Shown: piece by piece, positions 11,540-22,007 of the stretch | Layout of the letters: each line of letters starts with the position of its first letter | How positions within the stretch are numbered: the first letter of the stretch is position 1 | Source of the DNA: an uncultured Pelagibacteraceae bacterium | GTDB taxonomy: Bacteria > Pseudomonadota > Alphaproteobacteria > Pelagibacterales > AG-422-B15 | Assembly (NCBI GenBank): GCA_902622985.1 | Contig: CACNSH010000006.1 | Location: forward strand, 4,312-68,311 | Direction of reading: 5' to 3' | Length of the DNA stretch: 64,000 bases | Made by a program: the position numbers and the translations under genes | The notes under the pieces: model-generated | Seen by the model: only the letters and a program-made list of their open reading frames with translations | Database searches by the model: none | What the model was told of the DNA's origin: nothing

Positions 11540-13075
11540 CTAATCAAGCCATATTTTTCTGGCCTCCATAATCAATTGGTCACCTTCTTCTCTAGTAATA
11601 TTAAATTCTTCAAGTAGCCCAACTACTTTAGAATTCTTATCTCCTTTTATCTCTAAGTAGCCAATAAGATCATCAGTTGTTAAGCCTGCAAAATCATCAA
11701 GAGTTTTAATATCGTTTTCAGCAAGTTTAACTATCATAGCTTTTGAAAGTAATTCAAACTTTGATAAGTCACTCGAAACTTTCATACTTTCAATCTTTTC
11801 TTGGTTTTCAGCGTCCTTGTCAGTTAAATATTTTTTAGCTCTTTCTATTAATTCTGTAGCTATTTCTTCATCAAATCCTTCAATTGATAGTAGCTCAGAT
11901 TTATCAGTTTCAATAACTTCTTCAACACTTCCAAATCCTTCACTGACTAGAAGCTGGGCGAGTGTTTCATCAACATCCAGAGATGATACAAAAATATCTG
12001 TTTTTTTAGAAAAATCTTCTTGTCGTTTTGAAGACTCTTCATCCTCAGTCAGAATATCTATTTCATATCCAGTTAACTCTGTCGCAAGTTTTACATTTTG
12101 ACCTCTTCTACCAATAGCTAGACTAAGATGCTCTTCAGAAACAACAACTTCAATTTTATTCTGATCTTCATCAATGACAACTTTTAATACTTCTGCAGGA
12201 GATAAAGATGCGATAGCTAAATTAGCGATATTTTCTGACCAGTTAATTATATCTATCTTTTCCCCTTGTAGTTCATTTACTACAGCTTGCACTCTGCTAC
12301 CCCTCATGCCAACACAGGCACCTACAGGATCAATTGATCCATCTTCCGTAAAAACTGCAATCTTTGCTCTACTGCCTGGGTCACGAGCAACACTTTTTAT
12401 AGAAATAATACCATCATATATTTCAGGTACTTCCTGAGTAAATAACTTGGCCATAAATTGAGGGTGAGATCTTGAAAGAAATATCTGAGGACCTTTTAAT
12501 TCTGCTCTGACATCATAAATATATGCTCTAACTCTATCGCCGTTACGTAGATTTTCTCTCGGTATAGTCTGATCCTTTCTAATAACACCCTCTGCTTTTC
12601 CTAAATCAAGAATAATGTTACCAAACTCTGTTCGTTTAACGATACCATTCACAATTTCTCCAACCCTATCTTTGTATTCGTTATACTGTCTTTCTCTCTC
12701 AGCCTCTCTGACTTTAGAGTTAATTACCTGTTTTGCAGATTGCGCTGCAATTCTTCCAAAATCTAACGGAGGTAGTGGATCAAGAAGTTGGTCACCAACT
12801 TGCGCAGCTCCGTTAATCTTTTTAGCTGCTTTTAATGTTATTTCGAGAAATTTATTTTTGACCTCATCTACCACCAGCATTTTTCTTGAGATTGAAATAT
12901 CACCATTTTCCTGATTAATTTCAACTATAACCTCGTTTTCTTCACCATAATTACTTTTAGCAGCCTTCGCGATCGCCTCTTCTAGAGCTGCAATTACAAT
13001 TGATTTATCAATCATTTTTTCTTGAGCAACGGTTTCTGCAATCCTTAGAATTTCAATTTTATTGGCACTAACCAT
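11540..13075 (-). CDS. nusA: Transcription termination/antitermination factor NusA
   Basis: FGRIAAQSAKQVI, ARDPGSRAKIAV, AIGRRGQNV; acidic C-terminal repeats. Confidence 0.97.
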   Translation of the reverse strand: MVSANKIEILRIAETVAQEKMIDKSIVIAALEEAIAKAAKSNYGEENEVIVEINQENGDISISRKMLVVDEVKNKFLEITLKAAKKINGAAQVGDQLLDPLPPLDFGRIAAQSAKQVINSKVREAERERQYNEYKDRVGEIVNGIVKRTEFGNIILDLGKAEGVIRKDQTIPRENLRNGDRVRAYIYDVRAELKGPQIFLSRSHPQFMAKLFTQEVPEIYDGIISIKSVARDPGSRAKIAVFTEDGSIDPVGACVGMRGSRVQAVVNELQGEKIDIINWSENIANLAIASLSPAEVLKVVIDEDQNKIEVVVSEEHLSLAIGRRGQNVKLATELTGYEIDILTEDEESSKRQEDFSKKTDIFVSSLDVDETLAQLLVSEGFGSVEEVIETDKSELLSIEGFDEEIATELIERAKKYLTDKDAENQEKIESMKVSSDLSKFELLSKAMIVKLAENDIKTLDDFAGLTTDDLIGYLEIKGDKNSKVVGLLEEFNITREEGDQLIMEARKIWLD

Positions 13076-13091
13076 GATTGTCCTTTTGTAT

Positions 13092-13120
13092 AAAAAAAAA
13101 GTGGGCTTAACCCACTTTTT
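13092..13120 (-). terminator. Terminator-like hairpin in the nusA leader (rimP-leader type)
   Basis: Minus strand AAAAAGUGGGU-UAA-GCCCAC followed by U9, ending about 16 nt before the nusA ATG. Confidence 0.75.
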
Positions 13121-13191
13121 AGAATTAGCATTGTTTAGGCATTCTATACACCTGTAATATTAATAAATCAAGCATGTAAAATTAAATTAAT

Positions 13192-13896
13192 TCATAATTT
13201 TAGCAGATAAATTTTACCCCCTATTTCAATTGCTTTTCTTTGGTATCTAGAAATTCCATACAATTCGTCATTTTCTGCCATTATATTTACAGTATAGTCA
13301 CCAAAAGTTTCTTTAAAACTGCTTAATAGATTTTTTATGTCTTTTAGATAACTTTCTGAATCTGTGGTTATAAATATTGAATCTTTTGTTTTAATTATTT
13401 GTTTTAAAAGTTTGATAATTTTGTAAGAAATTAGCCTCCGCTTATGGTGTCTTTTCTTTGTCCAAGGATCTGGATTAATAATAAATATCCTGTCTACTGA
13501 TTTGTCTGATATTGCCGGTAAAAAATAGGAACAATTTAAATTACTTAGTAATATATTTGTTAATTTGAAATCTGAAATTGTTTTTAGAACTTTTGCGATC
13601 CCATTTAGATATACCTCTACACCAATAAATAATTCCTCAGGTTTAGAAACTGCATTTTTAATTAAAAATTCACCATTTCCAAAACCAATTTCTAAATTTA
13701 TTTTTTTATAATTTTTCGGAAAAATTATTTTATTACTAAGCAGTTCGCTTTTATGGTATTCAATGATTAAGCTATCGTAGGAAAAATCATTATAAGATTT
13801 TTCTAGTAAATCCTTCTTTGAAAGGGATATTTTTTTTGAAACCTTTCTACCTTTATAAGCATAGTAATCATGGTAATTATTTTTTAATGAAAACAA
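13192..13896 (-). CDS. trmB: tRNA (guanine-N7)-methyltransferase
   Basis: LEIGFGNGEFL, FIGVEVY, NPDPWTKKRHHKRRL. Confidence 0.94.
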   Translation of the reverse strand: MFSLKNNYHDYYAYKGRKVSKKISLSKKDLLEKSYNDFSYDSLIIEYHKSELLSNKIIFPKNYKKINLEIGFGNGEFLIKNAVSKPEELFIGVEVYLNGIAKVLKTISDFKLTNILLSNLNCSYFLPAISDKSVDRIFIINPDPWTKKRHHKRRLISYKIIKLLKQIIKTKDSIFITTDSESYLKDIKNLLSSFKETFGDYTVNIMAENDELYGISRYQRKAIEIGGKIYLLKL

Positions 13897-13904
13897 AAAA
13901 ATAT

Positions 13905-15062
13905 TTAAAACTTATTTACTAAGTCTACATTTTCCCATGAAAAAGCTCCATTACTCTCTGCATCTCTCCCAAAATGTCCATAAGCCGCACTTTTTTTATA
14001 AATTGGCTTATGCAGATTAAGATGATCTCTAATGCCCCTGGGAGTAAGATCGATATTAGCTGTAATTTTTTTTATTAGGTCATCATCCGACATTTTAGAA
14101 GTGCCATGAGTATCTACGTAAATTGAAAGTGGATCCGAAACTCCTATTGCGTAAGCAAGTTGTAGTGTGCATTTATCGGCTATACTAGCTGCAACAATAT
14201 TTTTTGCTATGTATCTTGCAATATAGGCTGCTGATCTATCAACTTTAGTAGGGTCTTTACCAGAGAAAGCGCCTCCTCCATGAGGGGCTGCTCCACCATA
14301 AGTATCAACTATTATTTTTCTACCAGTTAAGCCTGTATCTCCATCAGGACCGCCTATCACAAATTTACCAGTTGGATTTATTAATATTTCCGTTTCGTTG
14401 CTGATCCACTCTTGCGGTAAAATGTTTTTTATAATTGGAATGATAATCTCACTCACGCCCTGTTGATCTAGATTTTCATCATGTTGAGTGGAAACAACTA
14501 CCTTGGTACATTTTTCTGGATTGCCATTTTTATATTGAAGGGTTACCTGGCTTTTAGAGTCTGGCTGAATTCCAGGTGTTTCACCTTTCTTTCTTTTAAT
14601 TGCCATTTCTTCTAGTATTTTGTGTGAATAATAAATCGGCGCGGGCATCAAGGAAGGTGTTTCCCTACAAGCGTATCCGAACATAATACCTTGGTCACCA
14701 GCACCTTGATCTTTATTTCCAGAAGCATCCACTCCCATAGCAATGTCGGCAGATTGACTATGAACACCTGAGCAATCAAATGAGAATTTTTCCCAATGAA
14801 AACCATCCTGTTCATAACCAATTTCTTTAACTGCTTTTCTAGCTAAAGACTCGTAGTTGCAAGTATAGCCTTCAGGACCTCGAACTTCACCGGCCATTAC
14901 CACTTTGTTAGTTGTAACTAAAGTTTCCATTGCAACTCGAGAATTTTCGGGATTTTCTTGCGAAAGAAAGTCATCAACAATTGAATCTGATATTATATCA
15001 CATACCTTGTCAGGATGACCCTCAGAGACTGACTCACTTGTAAATAAATATTTGCTACTCAT
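13905..15062 (-). CDS. metK: S-adenosylmethionine synthetase
   Basis: [35 protein letters not shown]. Confidence 0.98.
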   Translation of the reverse strand: MSSKYLFTSESVSEGHPDKVCDIISDSIVDDFLSQENPENSRVAMETLVTTNKVVMAGEVRGPEGYTCNYESLARKAVKEIGYEQDGFHWEKFSFDCSGVHSQSADIAMGVDASGNKDQGAGDQGIMFGYACRETPSLMPAPIYYSHKILEEMAIKRKKGETPGIQPDSKSQVTLQYKNGNPEKCTKVVVSTQHDENLDQQGVSEIIIPIIKNILPQEWISNETEILINPTGKFVIGGPDGDTGLTGRKIIVDTYGGAAPHGGGAFSGKDPTKVDRSAAYIARYIAKNIVAASIADKCTLQLAYAIGVSDPLSIYVDTHGTSKMSDDDLIKKITANIDLTPRGIRDHLNLHKPIYKKSAAYGHFGRDAESNGAFSWENVDLVNKF

Positions 15063-15065
15063 AAT

Positions 15066-16499
15066 TTAATTTCCCGATTTATTTCGATTAGCATATCCAA
15101 TTATAAAAAATAAAACTATCAAAAAATACGCAAAAAAATTTCCATATTCTCTGTAAAAAGTTGTGTTTAATTTATTTGGGATTTTTACATCTAAGTAGGT
15201 GGTTTTTCTTGAAACTATCGTATTTAAAATTTCTCCAATTGGGCTTATCAGTCCGGAAACGCCCTTATTGGATGATCTTACCATTGGAATGCCCAGCTCA
15301 ATAGATCTAAACTGTGCATGAACAAAGTGTTGTCTTGGTCCGCTTACTTTACCAAACCAACCATCATTACTTATATTAACCAACAAATTTGTATTTTTTG
15401 ATATACTCTTACGAACAAAAGTAGGAAAAATAACTTCATAACAAATAAGTGGTGAAATATTTGAGGAAAATATTTGATCGTTATTACCTCGAGTCAATTC
15501 ATTTTTAAAAAATAAATTCTCAGGGAAAAAAACATTTGCTAACTTTGATAATGGAAAGTATTCACCAAAAGGTACGAGAATTTTTTTATCATAAGTATAT
15601 CCCATATAATTAAGTGAATTATAAAATCTTCCTTCATCCTTTCTGATGTACCCAGCTATCCAGTTTTTCGGTCTATTCGGATCAAACCCAAGTGAAGTCT
15701 CAGGAAATACTGTAATTAAACTGGGAGAACCCATAGCTGCAATTGTATCAATTGATTTATTTGTCCACTTATCTTTTTGACTCAGGTGAGTGTGAACGAT
15801 TCTCAACTCATTATTAGAATAAACTGCTGCATAATTATTTACTCGGAAGTTTCCATATAAGTATAATAAAAAAAGTAATAAAATTGCAGTAATTAAGTAC
15901 GACTTATTTTTGTTATTAGATAAAAATGAAAAAATACATACTGAACAAAATACAGTCAGCAATCCTAGTCCGTATGTTCCGAAAATCGAAACAGATTGTA
16001 TATATTTTAAAGACCATGACCAACTATAACCAACTAAATTCCAAGGAAGCCCAGTGAATAATATACTTCTTAAATATTCAAAAATTATCCAGGTAGAACT
16101 AAAATAAAATATTTTTGAATTTGATTCACTCCAAAAAAAAGCATTTACTGTTTGCATTATTCCTAAAAAAAAGGAGAGAGAGAGCGGAAAAAAAATAAAT
16201 ATTATTATAGAAATATAAATTAATTCTGCGTCTAATTCTAATATTGAATTAGAAACCCAGTACATGCTCAGCAAAAAAAATCCAAAACCAAAAAAAAGTC
16301 CATTACAGAAAAATATTTTGTAGTGACTGCGTAAGTTTTTATAAACAAAATCGTTTAATAAAAAAAATAAGCCAATTACAAATAGAGATAAAAATGGAAT
16401 GCTGAATGGCTCGAAACTTAAAGCTAAAATTAATCCTAAAAGGAAGTTAATTATAAATAGGTAAGACTTTTTAGGTGGAATAAAGTCTAATGAGATCAT
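15066..16499 (-). CDS. lnt: Apolipoprotein N-acyltransferase (compact nitrilase domain)
   Basis: Multiple TM segments, FTGLPWNLVGY, catalytic E (FPET), K (YDKKILVPFGE) and C (ICYE), NDGWFG. Confidence 0.92.
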   Translation of the reverse strand: MISLDFIPPKKSYLFIINFLLGLILALSFEPFSIPFLSLFVIGLFFLLNDFVYKNLRSHYKIFFCNGLFFGFGFFLLSMYWVSNSILELDAELIYISIIIFIFFPLSLSFFLGIMQTVNAFFWSESNSKIFYFSSTWIIFEYLRSILFTGLPWNLVGYSWSWSLKYIQSVSIFGTYGLGLLTVFCSVCIFSFLSNNKNKSYLITAILLLFLLYLYGNFRVNNYAAVYSNNELRIVHTHLSQKDKWTNKSIDTIAAMGSPSLITVFPETSLGFDPNRPKNWIAGYIRKDEGRFYNSLNYMGYTYDKKILVPFGEYFPLSKLANVFFPENLFFKNELTRGNNDQIFSSNISPLICYEVIFPTFVRKSISKNTNLLVNISNDGWFGKVSGPRQHFVHAQFRSIELGIPMVRSSNKGVSGLISPIGEILNTIVSRKTTYLDVKIPNKLNTTFYREYGNFFAYFLIVLFFIIGYANRNKSGN

Positions 16500-17335
16500 T
16501 ATTTTTTGGGCGTTGATACTTTGACAGACTTTATTTTCATTGGATCTGCATCTTTAATTTCAAAAGTTGTTCCCGAACTATGCTTTATGATCTCTCCTCT
16601 TTGAGGCACTCTACCTGTAATAGAAAAAATTAAACCACCTAAAGTATCAATATCTTCATTTTCGTTTGAGTCTAGAAATTGTATATTTGTCACTTTCTGG
16701 AGCTCATCTATTTCAACTCTTGCACTAGCTTCAAATATATTAGCTGATGATTTGATTAACATAGGTAAATTCTTTTCATCATGCTCATCCTCAATTTCAC
16801 CAGTAATTTCTTCGATTACATCCTCAATAGTAATCAAACCATCAGTACAACCATACTCATCTATTACTATTCCCATATGAAGCCTAGTTATTTGCATTTT
16901 TAGTAGCAAATCAAGAACTGGCATTGAAGGCGGGATTTCTAAGATTTCTCTTTTTAAATTTCTTAAGAAATTCTCCTCAATTTTATTTTGATTTTGATAA
17001 TTCACTATATCCTTTATATGAACCATACCAATTATGTTATCCAAATTATTCTCGTAAACAGGCACTCTGGAGTGAGCTTCTTTTATAAATACCTGAAGTA
17101 CTTTTTCAAAACTATCATTGATTTCAACTGCTCCAATATCAGCTCTTGGTATCATAATGTCAGATGATCTAATGTCATCAATTTTTAAAATATTTAAAAG
17201 CATTAATCTCTCATGTTTTGAGATACCTTCTGCATCTTTAAGATCACTATCTAAAACAGTTTCAATACTTTCCTTTAAAGTATTATTAGAAGATTTTTTA
17301 TTGAAGAATTTTTGATTGAATAGTTTATTGATCAT
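16499..17335 (-). CDS. corC: CBS-domain/CorC-HlyC family Mg/Co transporter-associated protein
   Basis: HSRVPVY, VIDEYG, ITIEDVIEEITGEIEDEHD, DTLGGL. Confidence 0.88.
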   Translation of the reverse strand: MINKLFNQKFFNKKSSNNTLKESIETVLDSDLKDAEGISKHERLMLLNILKIDDIRSSDIMIPRADIGAVEINDSFEKVLQVFIKEAHSRVPVYENNLDNIIGMVHIKDIVNYQNQNKIEENFLRNLKREILEIPPSMPVLDLLLKMQITRLHMGIVIDEYGCTDGLITIEDVIEEITGEIEDEHDEKNLPMLIKSSANIFEASARVEIDELQKVTNIQFLDSNENEDIDTLGGLIFSITGRVPQRGEIIKHSSGTTFEIKDADPMKIKSVKVSTPKK

Positions 17336-17787
17336 TTTACTTTTTTTATTGTATTATATATTAGATCTTCGAACTTTTTCATTTGTTTAAATTGTTTTTC
17401 TGTTTTGTGATCATAACCTAATAAATGAAGCATGCCATGTATTGTCATTTTACATAAGTAATCATACTTCGTAATTTTTTTTTCTACCGCCTCTTTTAAT
17501 AAAGTTTGATTAGCTAACGCAATATCACCTAAAAGATAGTAATTATTAAAAGACGATTGCATTGGAAAAGATAAAACATTCGTAGATTTATTTTTTTTTC
17601 TATACTTTAAATTTAATTCTTTAATTTTTTTATTTGAAGTTAACAAAAATGTTACCGATATATTTTTATGGATTCCGTCATCAATAACTTTTATTGTTTC
17701 ATTAACAGTTTTTGAAATATACTTTTTGAAATGTGGAAATTTTTTTTTCCATTCTGTCTCATCAACATTATAGTTAATTTCAATCAT
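17332..17787 (-). CDS. ybeY: rRNA maturation endoribonuclease YbeY
   Basis: TNVLSFP, LGDI, IHGMLHLLGYDH. Confidence 0.95.
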   Translation of the reverse strand: MIEINYNVDETEWKKKFPHFKKYISKTVNETIKVIDDGIHKNISVTFLLTSNKKIKELNLKYRKKNKSTNVLSFPMQSSFNNYYLLGDIALANQTLLKEAVEKKITKYDYLCKMTIHGMLHLLGYDHKTEKQFKQMKKFEDLIYNTIKKVK

Positions 17788-17791
17788 TTAA

Positions 17792-18805
17792 TTAATTTTT
17801 TTGATCAAAAAGGTCCTTGATCTGATCATCATAAGAGTCATACGCATTTATAATTTTTGTCACCATTTCATCTCTGACAATGTCTTTCTGTCCAAAATTT
17901 ATAACCGCAACTCCCTCAATATCTGACAAAATTTTTATTGATCTTAGCAAACCTGAATCACTTCTTCTATTAAGATCTGTTTGTGATGGATCGCCAGTGA
18001 CGACCATTCTAGAATTCTTGCCACATCTAGTTAAAAACATCTTGATTTGATTATGTGTTGCATTCTGTGCTTCGTCTAATATAACAAATGAATTATTAAG
18101 CGTTCTACCTCTCATGAATGCTAAGGGCGCTATTTCAATTTCAGATGCTTGAATTTTTCTTAATACAGTTTCTGATGGCATTAAGTCATATAAAGAGTCA
18201 TAAAGCGGCCTTAAGTATGGATCAACCTTATCTTTTAAGTCTCCTGGCAGAAAACCTAACTTTTCTCCTGCTTCAACCGCCGGCCTAGATAAGATTATTC
18301 GATCAAACTTTTTTTCTAACAATTGGGAAACTGCTGCAGAAACAGCAAGGAATGTCTTTCCAGTGCCTGCCGGTCCTACTGCAAATACGACTTGTTTTTC
18401 TTGTAATATTTCTAAATAGGTGTTTTGTAGTTTACTTTTACCAATAACATCTAATTTAGCTGTTTTAGTTATATTTATGCTTTTTATATCATTTGATATA
18501 CACATTTTTAAGTTTTCCTGCATAGAATTATAGTGTCCATCAACTGTCCTATTCATTTTTTTTTCAAAAATTGTTTTATTTATCGCACTTTTTAAAATAT
18601 CAGTATTTTTTTTATGACCTTGAATAATTAACTTATTTCCTTTTTGATATATTTTTAAAGGTAAATTTTTTTCAATAAAATCTATGTTTTCATTATTAAC
18701 GCCGAATATATCAAGCACATCAGTGTTTTCTATATTTATTTCTATTGAATTTAACCCTTGTAAAAAAGTTTTTTTATATGTGTTATTAATTAATTTATTT
18801 TTCAA
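17792..18805 (-). CDS. phoH: PhoH family ATPase (YbeZ)
   Basis: GPAGTGKTFLAV, RPAVEAGEKLGFLPG, FMRGRT, LDEAQN; TTG start uncertain. Confidence 0.93.
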   Translation of the reverse strand: MKNKLINNTYKKTFLQGLNSIEINIENTDVLDIFGVNNENIDFIEKNLPLKIYQKGNKLIIQGHKKNTDILKSAINKTIFEKKMNRTVDGHYNSMQENLKMCISNDIKSINITKTAKLDVIGKSKLQNTYLEILQEKQVVFAVGPAGTGKTFLAVSAAVSQLLEKKFDRIILSRPAVEAGEKLGFLPGDLKDKVDPYLRPLYDSLYDLMPSETVLRKIQASEIEIAPLAFMRGRTLNNSFVILDEAQNATHNQIKMFLTRCGKNSRMVVTGDPSQTDLNRRSDSGLLRSIKILSDIEGVAVINFGQKDIVRDEMVTKIINAYDSYDDQIKDLFDQKN

Positions 18806-18824
18806 ATTTTTATATAAGCCTCAT

Positions 18825-20132
18825 TTAACAACTAGCATATAAGTTCTTGTGATTGCAAGTTGAAATATTTACATTTTTTAATTCACCCGGATTAATTTCA
18901 GAAGATTTAATGTAAACTGATTGCATGAAGGGTGTTCTTCCAAAAAAAAATTCAGGATTACTCATACTTTGATTTTCAACTAAAACTTCAATATTTTTTC
19001 CACAAAAAGTCTCATTGAATTCAAGTTGTATATTCTTTAATTTATCTTGCAATATTAACAACCTTTCTTTTTTTACGTTTAGTGGCGTTTTGTCATCTTG
19101 CAATGCTGACTTTGTCCCAGGTCTTGCGCTATAAATGAAAGAATATGATTGAGTGAATTTTATGTCATCAACTAATTTTAATGTTTTTTGAAAGTCCTCT
19201 TCAGTCTCACCCGGATAACCAATAATGAAATCTGAAGAAATTTCAATTTTTGGATTAACAATTTTTAATTTATCGATGATTTTTCTATAATAACTTACAT
19301 CATATTTTCTATTCATTTTGTTTAAAATATTTGTTGAGCCTGATTGGACTGGCAAATGAATAAATGGCATAAGCTTATCATTTGTAGAATGAAGTTCTAT
19401 TAAGTTATCGCTCATATTTATTGGATGTGAAGTTGTATATCTTATCCTTTTAACATTTTCATTTTTACTGATCTCTTCAATTAAATCAGCAATGTTTATT
19501 TTTCGACCATTATGAAAGATATTATAAGCATTTACATTTTGACCCAGCAGCACAATTTCTTTTGCACCATTATCTGTAAGGCTATTTACTTCGTTCAACA
19601 ATGAAGATAAGGGTCGCGAGTATTCAGGCCCTCTTGTATACGGCACAACACAGAAAGAACAAAATTTGTCACAACCCTCTTGTATAGTTAAGTATGATGA
19701 AACACCTTGTTTTCTTTTTTGTTCGATAAGGTAATCAAATTTTTCATTTACTATAAATTCAGTATTTAATTGTTTTGGATTTTTTTTTATGTCGTCAATC
19801 ATTTGTGGCAACAAATGGTAGCTTTGTGGACCTAAGATTATATCAATTGATTTATTTTTACTGAACATTTCCTCGTTTTCTGCCTGAGCAACACAACCAA
19901 CAACTGCTATTGTTCTTTCTTTTTTATATTTATTAACCCTTCCTATGTCTGAATAAAGTTTGTGAGCTGCCTTATCTCGAATATTGCAAGTATTAAAAAT
20001 TACTAGATCAGCACTTTCTACATCTTGATTTTTCTTTAATCCTCTATTCTCTAAGATAGATATTATTTTTTCACTATCATAGATATTCATTTGACATCCA
20101 TAAGATTTGACAAAAAAAGTGGAGTATTCCAT
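18825..20132 (-). CDS. miaB: tRNA-2-methylthio-N6-dimethylallyladenosine synthase
   Basis: SYGCQMN, NTCNIR, radical SAM motif CDKFCSFC, YSARPGT. Confidence 0.96.
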   Translation of the reverse strand: MEYSTFFVKSYGCQMNIYDSEKIISILENRGLKKNQDVESADLVIFNTCNIRDKAAHKLYSDIGRVNKYKKERTIAVVGCVAQAENEEMFSKNKSIDIILGPQSYHLLPQMIDDIKKNPKQLNTEFIVNEKFDYLIEQKRKQGVSSYLTIQEGCDKFCSFCVVPYTRGPEYSRPLSSLLNEVNSLTDNGAKEIVLLGQNVNAYNIFHNGRKINIADLIEEISKNENVKRIRYTTSHPINMSDNLIELHSTNDKLMPFIHLPVQSGSTNILNKMNRKYDVSYYRKIIDKLKIVNPKIEISSDFIIGYPGETEEDFQKTLKLVDDIKFTQSYSFIYSARPGTKSALQDDKTPLNVKKERLLILQDKLKNIQLEFNETFCGKNIEVLVENQSMSNPEFFFGRTPFMQSVYIKSSEINPGELKNVNISTCNHKNLYASC

Positions 20133-20133
20133 T

Positions 20134-20910
20134 TTAATTTACTTTTATCATTTGATTTAAACCAATTATTATCTGCCTTTCACAATATTGAGCCAAATCT
20201 TTCCTATTTTCAAAATTATTTATATTCATGATTTCATGAAAAATGATATCGACTGTGATCCTACCAGATCTAAGGAAATTTGCCATAGCTGCAACCATAG
20301 AGGTATCTCCAACCCATGCAATGTTACGCCTTAAATATATTCCCATCGGAATATTGTTTAGCTTTGAATAGCAAATTGAAATTGGCTGAATATTTATTTG
20401 ATTACGATCATCAAATGCACACTCCAGCATAGAGGATTTAAAATCTATAATGCCATTTCCATCAGTAGTTGTTCCTTCTGGAAAAATAATAAAATTTTCT
20501 CCTTCCTGGAGTTTTTTTTGAATTAGATGGTTATATTCTATTATTCTATTTTTATTTTCATTATCTATAAAAAAAGTATTACTTAATTTTGCTAAGAAAC
20601 CAAATATTCCCATTTTTGAAACTTCTTTCTTTGCAATAAATCTAGCATTAAGTAGCGTACCTAAGCAAATAATGTCAAACCAAGATACATGATTAGCAAT
20701 ATATAATACTCCTCTATTTTTTTTATTATATTTCTTCGAGTTAAAATTAATATTTATTCCTGTAACTATTTTTATCATACGATAAAAGAGTAATGGATAT
20801 AGTTTTTTTAATCTAAAACCTATGATATTACAAAAAATCTGAATAGGTATAGACATACAAATTATCAGAGTTAAAAAAAATAGTATTAAGATTAGTCTTA
20901 AAGTAGACAT
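20134..20910 (-). CDS. Lysophospholipid acyltransferase (PlsC/OlsA family)
   Basis: NHVSWFD (HX4D), FIAKKEV, FPEGTT. Confidence 0.88.
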   Translation of the reverse strand: MSTLRLILILFFLTLIICMSIPIQIFCNIIGFRLKKLYPLLFYRMIKIVTGININFNSKKYNKKNRGVLYIANHVSWFDIICLGTLLNARFIAKKEVSKMGIFGFLAKLSNTFFIDNENKNRIIEYNHLIQKKLQEGENFIIFPEGTTTDGNGIIDFKSSMLECAFDDRNQINIQPISICYSKLNNIPMGIYLRRNIAWVGDTSMVAAMANFLRSGRITVDIIFHEIMNINNFENRKDLAQYCERQIIIGLNQMIKVN

Positions 20911-21330
20911 CTAATGATTTTTTTTTATTTTAATTCCATAAAGTTCAAGTCTATGGTCAACAAGTTTATAACCTAAAGATTCTGCAACTGAGCGTTGGAT
21001 ATTTTCAATTTCTTCATTCGTGAATTCATGTATGTCTCCTGACTCAATATCTATCAAATGATCATGATGATGATTCTCTATAGCTTCATATCTTGACCTG
21101 CCATCTTTAAATTCATGTTTTTCAATTGCACCGTATTCTTCAAACAATTTGACTGTTCTATAAACTGTCGCAATGCTAATATTTTTATCCATCTCATTAG
21201 CTTTAAGAAAAATTTCGTTCACGTCAGGATGACCTTTAATGCTCATTTCGGTAATTACATCAGCAATAATATTTCTCTGCTCAGTCATCCTCAAACCCTT
21301 TTCCTTACACAATTTTTTTACATCTATCAT
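20911..21330 (-). CDS. fur: Ferric uptake regulator Fur/Mur
   Basis: GLRMTEQR, ISIATVYRTVKLFEE, HHHDHLID, DHRLELYG. Confidence 0.92.
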   Translation of the reverse strand: MIDVKKLCKEKGLRMTEQRNIIADVITEMSIKGHPDVNEIFLKANEMDKNISIATVYRTVKLFEEYGAIEKHEFKDGRSRYEAIENHHHDHLIDIESGDIHEFTNEEIENIQRSVAESLGYKLVDHRLELYGIKIKKNH

Positions 21331-21339
21331 TTTTATATC

Positions 21340-21966
21340 TCAATAATAATTACTAATATATAACGGTTTTGGATCTGAGCAATCAATAGTGTTTTTTAAA
21401 ATAATTTGCTCTAGTTCAATCAAATTATAATCTATTAAAAGTAAATTTTTTCCTAAATCCTCTTTAATATTATTATTTAAGTTCTCTTCAAATAAAATAT
21501 CGTCGTAAATGTATGTTGTTTGATTATTATATTTTAAACCTTCATTATCTAAATTTATTAACTTTACCTCTCCTGTAGCTTTAAAACCAATAAATGATTG
21601 AGTAAAAAATTGATTATCCTTAAAATGCAAAAATATACATTGATTTTTATTAAGCTTACTTTTTTTTATTTTTGAATTGATTATCTCAAATTTAGATAGT
21701 CCAAAAACATTTAGCTTTGCAATTAATTTAAGGGATTTGGCATAGGTTAATGCTGACCTAATGCCTGTAAAACTTCCGGGTCCTGTTATCACAACAATTG
21801 ATTTAATTTTTTTAATATTCGTTTTCGATTTTTTTAAAAATTTATCAATCTCAAGAATTAGTATTTCAGATATATTCTTTTTTGATTTTAATTCCTTACT
21901 AAAATACTGATTTTTATTTATTAGAGATAATCGTAATGACTGAGTGAAATCTAAGACTAAAAACAT
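21340..21966 (-). CDS. tsaB: tRNA threonylcarbamoyladenosine biosynthesis protein TsaB (divergent)
   Basis: GPGSFTGIR motif and C-terminal PKPLY. Confidence 0.85.
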   Translation of the reverse strand: MFLVLDFTQSLRLSLINKNQYFSKELKSKKNISEILILEIDKFLKKSKTNIKKIKSIVVITGPGSFTGIRSALTYAKSLKLIAKLNVFGLSKFEIINSKIKKSKLNKNQCIFLHFKDNQFFTQSFIGFKATGEVKLINLDNEGLKYNNQTTYIYDDILFEENLNNNIKEDLGKNLLLIDYNLIELEQIILKNTIDCSDPKPLYISNYY

Positions 21967-22007
21967 ATTATTGCTATTTATTAGATATAGACTAAAAATT
22001 AGATCAT

